Assembly: GCA_037146775.1 (NCBI GenBank)
Contig: JBAWWL010000006.1
Span: 79,120-143,119 of the forward strand
Reading direction: 5' to 3'
DNA: 64,000 nucleotides
From: Candidatus Omnitrophota bacterium
GTDB taxonomy: Bacteria; Omnitrophota; Gorgyraeia; Duberdicusellales; 4484-171
Shown here: positions 57,149 to 64,000 of the stretch, in pieces
Layout of the letters: each line of letters starts with the position of its first letter
Position numbering within the stretch: position 1 is the first letter of the stretch
Made by a program: the position numbers and the translations under genes
The notes under the pieces: generated by a model
Database searches by the model: none
Told to the model about the DNA's origin: nothing
Seen by the model: the letters and a program-made list of their open reading frames with translations, nothing else

Positions 57149-57889
57149 TCAGGCTGGCAAACGCTTGCGTTGTGCGGGAGCCTGGATATCAAAATCAAGA
57201 TGATAACAAAGGAATTCCCGCAAAATGTACGTGATTTCCTTTTCACAGTCACGAGAAGGATTCAAGCGCAGCATAAGGGAAAATTCGCTATTTTGGATAT
57301 ATACAAGCGAAGAAATGGTTTCCTTGCTAATTTTCCTTGCGTCACCCACCTGGCCATGGCAGTCGCCGCAGACCAAACCGCCACGGGAAACGCTAAAAAC
57401 AGATTCTTCCTGTATCCGGCCATGGCACATAATGCATTTATTGAATTCCGGCTTGAATCCCGAAATGGTCAAAAACTTAATCAAAAACATGTAACATATT
57501 TTCTTCTCTTCTCCTTGTTCAAGCGCTAAGAGCGCATTCTTGAGCAACGCAAACACCTCATAATTAACATCCCATGGCTGCATCGTCCTGTCAATCAGAT
57601 TCAAAAATAAGGCAGCTACTGTGGCCTTAGCGATATCTTTTCTTAAAAAATCATAGTCGTGCACTAAATCAGTAAAAGAGATAAGCCAGATATCGCGTTT
57701 CTTTGGATAAAAAACGAGCTCATTAAGACTAAAAATATCTAAATTGGATGAAAATTCTTTCTTCTGCGTATAGAACCCTTTTAAAATACCGGTTATCTTA
57801 CCAAAACGCAATGTATAGAGACTGGCGATAACGCTGGTTTCCCGGAAATTGTGCCGCCTCAATACGAATCCAACATCTTTCTCAACCAT
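57149..57889 (-). CDS. recO: DNA repair protein RecO
   Basis: VLR...RETS OB-fold start; CxxC...CxxC Zn finger; phoH-ybeY-recO context. Confidence 0.92.
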   Translation of the reverse strand: MVEKDVGFVLRRHNFRETSVIASLYTLRFGKITGILKGFYTQKKEFSSNLDIFSLNELVFYPKKRDIWLISFTDLVHDYDFLRKDIAKATVAALFLNLIDRTMQPWDVNYEVFALLKNALLALEQGEEKKICYMFLIKFLTISGFKPEFNKCIMCHGRIQEESVFSVSRGGLVCGDCHGQVGDARKISKETISSLVYIQNSEFSLMLRLNPSRDCEKEITYILREFLCYHLDFDIQAPAQRKRLPA

Positions 57890-57940
57890 ATGTTTGCGCC
57901 ATATAAAACATTACGTTCATATGTATGCACCGCACTGTTA

Positions 57941-58384
57941 TCAACTTTTTCCCACGGCTACACGCGTTCTAAGTGCGCCTAGCAGATACTTCTCTTTTTG
58001 CCGCATCAAGTCTCTATCTTTCTTTTTAATATCATCATACCCCAAAAGATGCAAAATGCCATGGATAAGATATAAAAGCATTTCTTCATACCAATAAACT
58101 CCGTAACATTTAGCCTGTCGCACCGCCTCCTCAACCGAGACCACCACCTCACCCAGATACCCCGGATCGAATTCATCATCAAGTATAAAAGCGATAACAT
58201 CCGTAACGCGGCGACGGTGCAAAAATTTTTGATTTAAGGAAGTAATTAAAGTATTGTCACACAGGAGGAAGGATATACGTTTCGAGCGGATACCAAGCAG
58301 CTCATACACATCTCGCAATACATACGATAGCTTTTTAGGACTTATTTTCTTTATCTTTTGGTGATTTGTTATTTCTATCTTCAT
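57941..58384 (-). CDS. ybeY: rRNA maturation endonuclease YbeY
   Basis: TDVIAF, LGEVVVS and HGILHLLGYD motifs; start MKIEI. Confidence 0.95.
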   Translation of the reverse strand: MKIEITNHQKIKKISPKKLSYVLRDVYELLGIRSKRISFLLCDNTLITSLNQKFLHRRRVTDVIAFILDDEFDPGYLGEVVVSVEEAVRQAKCYGVYWYEEMLLYLIHGILHLLGYDDIKKKDRDLMRQKEKYLLGALRTRVAVGKS

Positions 58385-59735
58385 CCTTCGAGTAGTTAAC
58401 GCGGGTGTGGAAAAGTGCATTTAGTATATGAGTAAACTTTTCCGTGATTTTTTCTAGGTCTTTAAGGGTAAGCGTGCTCTCGTCGAGCTCGCCCTCCAAA
58501 AAGCGCTTTTTCATTACTTCCCGTACCATTTCTTCTATCCGGGAAGGTGTCGGCTCGTCTAAGGTACGCGATAAAGCCTCAATAGTATCTGCCAACGCCA
58601 CAATCGCAGTCTCTTTGCTCTGCGGCTTAGGGCCGGCATAACGATAATCCTCTTCATGCTCTTTTTCCGGTTCAAGTTCTTTGGCCCGCTGATAAAAATA
58701 ATAAACCAAAGTCCGGCCATGATGTTCGGAAATAAAATCAATAATACGGGGTTTAAGCTTATATTTACGCGCAAATTCAATACCATCCTTAACATGATTC
58801 ATAATAATAATTTTGCTCATTGACGGCTTCAAGTCCTTATGACTATCCTTATAGCCGATAACATTCTCGACGAAATAGTTTGGCTTCACCATCTTACCTA
58901 TATCATGATAATAGGCACCTACCCGCGCAAGCAAAGCATTAGCGCCAATTGCCTGCGCAGCCGCTTCGCTCAAATTTCCCACTACCAGCGAATGTTGATA
59001 CGTTCCGGGGGCCTCCAGGATAAGGCGGCGCAACAAAGGATGATTGAATCCCGAAAGTTCAAAAAGAGAAATGTTGGTCACCACTTTAAAGATATATTCG
59101 AAAACAGGAAGAGACCCTAATACAACTATTGAAGAAATCAAACCGCTTAAGAGACAAAATAAAAGCAAACTAAAATCGGCGCCGGGAAACGGCATAAAGA
59201 GCTGTTCTCCCCTCACTCGCTCAATGAGTATAGCCACGACACATTGGACAAGACCCGCCACAAGCCCTGCTTTTAGTATCTGAAAACGGCCCTGGACCCG
59301 GAAAGAAAGAATAGAGGCGGTCAGGGCTGCGGCAAACAAACTCATACCAACGTTTAAATTGCAGCCATCAATGCTAGTACCCATTGAAAGAAAAAAAAGC
59401 GAAAACAAAAATGAAAGCTCAAGATTATCGAAAAGTAAAGTCACCAGCATCGCCATCGCAATAGCAGGAATACCATAGGCGGTAAGCTTGAACGTAATAG
59501 TAACCAGTATAGATAAAAGTATCCCCAGTGCTCCCAGTAAACACAGGTCGAAAGCGGATGGAGACGTTTCACTTCGCTTTGAAATGTTAAGGTATACGAT
59601 AAGTATAAACGCAAAAATCAAAGGAGAAATATCTATGGAATAGATGAAAAAAATAGTGGCCGCACCCAGAAAAAAAAGCACGGAGACCAGGAGGCTGTAT
59701 GGATTAATTAGCTTTTTCCCTATAGAAATTTTCAT
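58335..59735 (-). CDS. 7TM-HD phosphohydrolase (PgpH-like)
   Basis: Multiple TMs followed by EAPGTYQHS, YYHDIGK, HHG and ADTIEA. Confidence 0.9.
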   Translation of the reverse strand: MKISIGKKLINPYSLLVSVLFFLGAATIFFIYSIDISPLIFAFILIVYLNISKRSETSPSAFDLCLLGALGILLSILVTITFKLTAYGIPAIAMAMLVTLLFDNLELSFLFSLFFLSMGTSIDGCNLNVGMSLFAAALTASILSFRVQGRFQILKAGLVAGLVQCVVAILIERVRGEQLFMPFPGADFSLLLFCLLSGLISSIVVLGSLPVFEYIFKVVTNISLFELSGFNHPLLRRLILEAPGTYQHSLVVGNLSEAAAQAIGANALLARVGAYYHDIGKMVKPNYFVENVIGYKDSHKDLKPSMSKIIIMNHVKDGIEFARKYKLKPRIIDFISEHHGRTLVYYFYQRAKELEPEKEHEEDYRYAGPKPQSKETAIVALADTIEALSRTLDEPTPSRIEEMVREVMKKRFLEGELDESTLTLKDLEKITEKFTHILNALFHTRVNYSKDEDRNNKSPKDKENKS

Positions 59736-60669
59736 ATGCCTGAATTATTTTTTGAATCAAAGGATTTCGCACCACATCATTTCTGCCTAAATAAACAAAT
59801 TTGATATCCTCTATCGCTTTTAAAATCTCGACTCCCTCAAGGAGCCCTACCGGTTTTCCGCCCGGAAGATCGCTTTGCGTAATATCACCGGTAATCACGG
59901 CTTTCGAATCAAACCCCAAACGGGTAATGAACATTTTCAGCTGTTCGGTAGTACAGTTCTGCGCTTCATCCAAAATAACAAATGCATTATTTAAAGTTCT
60001 ACCTCGCATATAGGCCAACGGGGCCACTTCAATGACCCCTGTTTCGATAAATTCTTCTATCATTTCTGCTTCCATCATATCATAAAGCGCATCGTAAAGC
60101 GGCCTAAGATACGGTCCCATTTTTTCTGCCATATCGCCAGGCAGAAACCCCAGCGACTCCCCTGCCTCGATGGCCGGTCTGGTCAAAATAATCCTGCCGA
60201 CATTCTTACGCATGAGAAAGTTAACCGCCAAAGCCATAGCTAAATAAGTTTTGCCGGTTCCTGCGGGGCCAATAGAAAAAATGACATCATGTTTGCGTAT
60301 CGCTTTAATGTAATCCTGCTGTCCTTGTGTTTTAGGCAACACCAACCGTTTACGCGTTGAAAAGACACGGATGCCTTGGCTATCTTCATCCTGACGCACC
60401 CCCTCATCTCCGGATAGGTGAACGGCATTAAGATACTGACTAAGTTCTGTTTGGCTGAATACCATTCCTTCCCGGGCTAAATCCATCATCTTAGTAATAA
60501 AATGTAAAGCTTTTTCTATCCGCTTGCTTTCGCCCTTGACAAGGATGCCGTCGGCACGCAAAGCAATCGTTACTTTCAATTCTTTTTCGATGAATCGTAA
60601 GTTTTTGTCCTCTATACCACAAATATCTCGTACCCGAGAATAGTCGTCAATCTTGATAAGCTTTTCCAT
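59704..60669 (-). CDS. phoH: PhoH-like ATPase
   Basis: GPAGTGKT, RPAIEAGE.LGFLPG, YMRGRT and DEAQN motifs. Confidence 0.95.
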   Translation of the reverse strand: MEKLIKIDDYSRVRDICGIEDKNLRFIEKELKVTIALRADGILVKGESKRIEKALHFITKMMDLAREGMVFSQTELSQYLNAVHLSGDEGVRQDEDSQGIRVFSTRKRLVLPKTQGQQDYIKAIRKHDVIFSIGPAGTGKTYLAMALAVNFLMRKNVGRIILTRPAIEAGESLGFLPGDMAEKMGPYLRPLYDALYDMMEAEMIEEFIETGVIEVAPLAYMRGRTLNNAFVILDEAQNCTTEQLKMFITRLGFDSKAVITGDITQSDLPGGKPVGLLEGVEILKAIEDIKFVYLGRNDVVRNPLIQKIIQAYENFYREKAN

Positions 60670-60753
60670 GACAAAAAAATACGTATCGGCACCGACGTCA
60701 TGTGCATAACATACTCACTGCCGACACACTGAAAAACGCAGAATAGTATATTC

Positions 60754-61248
60754 CTATTTTTCTAAAACAGGTATTTTGATTGTTTTCCCCGGATAGACCT
60801 TGTCGGGACTCGCAAGAACGTCTCTGTTCTCTTCGTAAAGCTTGTGCCACTTTTTTGTGGTACCGTAGAACTTTTGCGATATTTTTTGAAGCGTATCGTT
60901 CTTTTCTATTTTGTAATAATTATATTTCTTTTCTGTAGTCGGCTCCAGTTCATTTTCCTCGATTTCTTCTTCTGTCACTGCTTCGTCAACAACGGTTTCT
61001 TGAGCCTGAATCTGAGGGGCTTGCACCTTTTCTTTCGAGATAGGATGCGAACCCAACTCTACCTCCAGCACCGAAATAGTACGTGTGTCTTTTAGATGTG
61101 TTGTTTTCTCCGATGACGACGGCGTACCAAATAAATAACCCTGATTACCTTCCACGGTAGTATCTACTCTTGGCTTCTCGACAGTATACGTACGCGTCAA
61201 ACAACCGCTCAAGAAAAATACGCCGATAGCTATCCATACATACCTCAT
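60754..61248 (-). CDS. LysM-domain lipoprotein
   Basis: Start MRYVW with GGAGG SD; lipobox LSGC; C-terminal LysM Y.I..NDTL.KIS..FYG...N. Confidence 0.88.
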   Translation of the reverse strand: MRYVWIAIGVFFLSGCLTRTYTVEKPRVDTTVEGNQGYLFGTPSSSEKTTHLKDTRTISVLEVELGSHPISKEKVQAPQIQAQETVVDEAVTEEEIEENELEPTTEKKYNYYKIEKNDTLQKISQKFYGTTKKWHKLYEENRDVLASPDKVYPGKTIKIPVLEK

Positions 61249-61356
61249 ACTACCTCCCTCCTTACATCCATAACTCTCGCGCCCGCAATGGTTTACGGTA
61301 CAAAACACGCCCGATTTCAAAACCCGGTAGTGAACGCAAGAATTAAACGATATTAT

Positions 61357-62748
61357 TTATTCCTTCTTCTCCTCCTGAACTAACTTGATATAAATCTCTT
61401 TCAGCTGTTTTTCTTCCACCATCGAAGGTGCATCGGATAACGGACAAATACCTTTTTGCGTTTTAGGAAATGCGATAACATCCCGGATACTTTCTGAATT
61501 GGTAATAATTGCATAAAGACGGTCGAGGCCGAAGGCGATGCCGCCATGAGGCGGAGCACCGTATTTGAACGCGCGCAGCAGAAATCCAAACTTTTTCTCG
61601 GCATCCTCGGTAGATATACCTAAGATATTAAAAATCTTTCCCTGCAATACCGGCGAATGGATTCTGATAGAACCACCGGCAATTTCCTGGCCGTTCAAGA
61701 TAAGATCGTAGGCTCTGGCTTTTACCTGCGACAGGTCGTTACTGTCCAGAAGCGGAATATCCTGCACTTGCGGTGACGTGAACGGATGATGACATGCCTG
61801 CCATCGTTTCTCTTCCTGACTATATTCAAACAACGGAAAATCCACTACCCAGCAAAAACGGTACTCTCCTTCTCCGATGTCCGGTTTGTCTGAATTATAT
61901 TTTTCCATCGCATGACGATAAGAAATGCGCGTAAAAGGCGTTTTTATTTCCTTCCCCAATACCGTCTTGAATGTATAGGCAACTAATTCCTCCATTAAAC
62001 CGATGATATCTTCTTCTTCAATGAAAGACATCTCGATATCAAGCTGAGTAAATTCCGGTTGACGGTCTTTGCGTAAATCCTCGTCACGGAAACAGCGCGC
62101 TACTTGATAATACCGGTCCATGCCTGCCACCATAAGAATCTGTTTAAAAAGTTGGGGCGATTGCGGAAGAGCGTAAAAACGATTGGGATTCAAGCGCGAA
62201 GGAACCAAGAAATCTCTCGCGCCCTCAGGCGTCGATTTAGTAAGAAACGGCGTTTCTATTTCCAGAAACTCGCGTTCATTCAAAAAACTTCTCATAGCTT
62301 GATTGTAGGTGTGGCGCAGCATTATCTTCTCTAAAGATTTCCTTCTACGTAAATCAAGATAGCGGTAGGCGAGTTTCACTTCTTCGCCGATATCGATATT
62401 GTCATCAATCGCAAAGGGCAAATCAAGCGACGGATTAAAAATTTCTAGCTCCTGAGCCAACACTTCGACAAAACCGGTAGGTAGCTTGGGGTTCTCTGTT
62501 CCTTTTGGCCGAGGATTGACTGTGCCTTTAATCCGAATAACATCCTCGCTGCGCAAGCTCTTTGCTTTTTCGTAAGTTTCCTTGTCCGGCTTAGGTAAAA
62601 AAACTACCTGGGTAAGGCCGTATCTATCCCTGATATCAATAAAAATAATTTTTCCGTGGTCACGGCGGGACGCAACCCATCCGCAAAGCGTTGTTGCGCT
62701 GTTAATATAATCCTGAGTTAATTCACCGCACGTATGTATTCTAAGCAT
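61357..62748 (-). CDS. aspS: Aspartyl-tRNA synthetase, bacterial type lacking the GAD domain
   Basis: RDHG, YRYLDLR, PEGARDF, PQSPQLFKQ, FRDED and PPHGG.A.GLDR motifs; only 463 aa. Confidence 0.96.
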   Translation of the reverse strand: MLRIHTCGELTQDYINSATTLCGWVASRRDHGKIIFIDIRDRYGLTQVVFLPKPDKETYEKAKSLRSEDVIRIKGTVNPRPKGTENPKLPTGFVEVLAQELEIFNPSLDLPFAIDDNIDIGEEVKLAYRYLDLRRRKSLEKIMLRHTYNQAMRSFLNEREFLEIETPFLTKSTPEGARDFLVPSRLNPNRFYALPQSPQLFKQILMVAGMDRYYQVARCFRDEDLRKDRQPEFTQLDIEMSFIEEEDIIGLMEELVAYTFKTVLGKEIKTPFTRISYRHAMEKYNSDKPDIGEGEYRFCWVVDFPLFEYSQEEKRWQACHHPFTSPQVQDIPLLDSNDLSQVKARAYDLILNGQEIAGGSIRIHSPVLQGKIFNILGISTEDAEKKFGFLLRAFKYGAPPHGGIAFGLDRLYAIITNSESIRDVIAFPKTQKGICPLSDAPSMVEEKQLKEIYIKLVQEEKKE

Positions 62749-63985
62749 AGCGTTTTAAAAAAGAAAGTATGTCCTGTTTTTTTATTTTTTCTTGGGTGGA
62801 TTGAGCCATATTCTTTATCATTACGGCTCCTTCCTTCCATTCTTCTTCACCCATAATAATCACAAACTGCGCGCCTTTTCTTTCGGCAGTACGTAGCTGC
62901 GCCTTGAGAGATTTAGCGCAATAATCCGTATCGCAAGAAATGCCTGCCTGCCGTATAGTCTGGATCAAATTCAAGCTCTCCTGGCGTAAAGTTTCGCCTA
63001 TCACAGAGACAAAGACCTTTATAGCCGCCCCTTCGCCGCTCTCCTTCAAAAGAAGTAATACTCGTTCCACTCCGAAAGCAAAACCAATTGCAGGAATGTC
63101 CGGACCACCCAGGCGCGTAATAAGATTGTTATATCTTCCCCCGGCGCCTACGGCGTCTTGCGAGCCTAAAGCTTCAGAGGTAATTTCAAAAACCGTGTTG
63201 GTATAATAATCAAGTCCTCGCACAAGATAGGGGCTATGAGTATAAGAAATGCCTAAGCCGTCCAGCAAAGCAAGAACTGCGCGAAAATGCAACCGGCAGG
63301 ATTCACACAAATGGCTATCTCCCAATGCAAGAGACGCGACAACTTTTTTACACCGCTCTTCTTTGCAGTCAACGATACGCAAAGGATTTTTTTCTAGCCG
63401 GCGCTGACAATCTTCGCACAACTCTTTTTTTCTTTCTGCCAAGCTTTGATGCAGACTTCTTGCGAAACGCTCTTTATCTTCTGCACAACCCAGAGTGTTA
63501 ATCTTTAAAGTTTTCTGAGTTATACCCATTGCCTCTAGAATACTAAGCGCGACACTCACTACCTCAGCGTCGATAAGAGGCTGAGCTGAGCCAATCGCTT
63601 CGACGCCAATATGATGAAACTGGCGCAACCTTCCCTTCTGCGGCCTCTCTCCGCGAAACATTGGACCAATATAGGAAAATTTATAGAAATCGCTCTGTGT
63701 ATGAAGCGCATTTTCTAAGTAATATCTGATAACCTGAGCGGTCCCTTCCGGACGCAGCACAATTTCTTTATCTTGTATCTTAAACATCTGTCGCTCGACA
63801 ATATCGGTTGCTTCCCCTACGCCCCTCTTGAATAAACCCTCTTCCTCTAGAATCGGCAGGCTGATCTCTTCGTAGCCACAGCGCTTAAAAATATCCCGTG
63901 CCATGCAAACAAGCATATTAAAAAGGCGGGTTTCTTGAGGACCAAAATCATGGGTTCCCCTGATGCTTTGATAGGTTTTTACCAT
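62741..63985 (-). CDS. hisS: Histidyl-tRNA synthetase
   Basis: LRPEGTA, RGERPQKGR, RGLDYY, GGRY and anticodon-binding domain. Confidence 0.98.
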   Translation of the reverse strand: MVKTYQSIRGTHDFGPQETRLFNMLVCMARDIFKRCGYEEISLPILEEEGLFKRGVGEATDIVERQMFKIQDKEIVLRPEGTAQVIRYYLENALHTQSDFYKFSYIGPMFRGERPQKGRLRQFHHIGVEAIGSAQPLIDAEVVSVALSILEAMGITQKTLKINTLGCAEDKERFARSLHQSLAERKKELCEDCQRRLEKNPLRIVDCKEERCKKVVASLALGDSHLCESCRLHFRAVLALLDGLGISYTHSPYLVRGLDYYTNTVFEITSEALGSQDAVGAGGRYNNLITRLGGPDIPAIGFAFGVERVLLLLKESGEGAAIKVFVSVIGETLRQESLNLIQTIRQAGISCDTDYCAKSLKAQLRTAERKGAQFVIIMGEEEWKEGAVMIKNMAQSTQEKIKKQDILSFLKRYA

Positions 63986-64000
63986 ATAAAGTGCGGAGCT

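Noticed and set aside
355-63206. Numerous plus-strand and nested ORFs in the six-frame track (e.g. 20471-20992, 33795-34349, 47470-48021)
   Set aside because: They are antisense or off-frame shadows of well-supported genes, with no motifs of their own.

Overview
A 64-kb, mostly housekeeping bacterial chromosome segment. Nearly all real genes lie on the minus strand. In transcription order: hisS-aspS-LysM, phoH-7TM/HD-ybeY-recO, queF, polX-apbE-panB, a purine cluster (purB, purL, purQ, purF, purM, purD, purE), tsaC/PTP-rpiB-glyA-dCMP deaminase-nrdR, a CC-adding enzyme, macro-Nudix, recG-rsmD-coaD, the yceD-rpmF-plsX-fab cluster, leuCD-leuB-asd-truA, xerD, an A-adding enzyme, rbfA-nrnA-truB-ribF and the start of the dcw cluster (mraZ to murD). 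Gene content and style resemble Ca. Omnitrophota/PVC-type bacteria (inference only). The only plus-strand genes form a small integrase-less integron cassette array (three ~180-bp attC-type sites, a secreted-protein cassette and a YefM-YoeB toxin-antitoxin cassette) between asd and truA. Most notable hidden signals: (1) dispersed period-7 tandem-repeat elements, mostly with inverted arms and with different unit sequences, found both between genes and in frame inside asd, purQ and apbE, where the repeat appears to form the lipoprotein signal peptide; (2) a correctly spaced pair of NrdR-like boxes upstream of the mraZ/dcw promoter; (3) a split CC-/A-adding tRNA nucleotidyltransferase pair; (4) an AspRS lacking the GAD domain. 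No rRNA, tRNA or CRISPR array was seen. All family assignments are by motif recognition; no searches were run.
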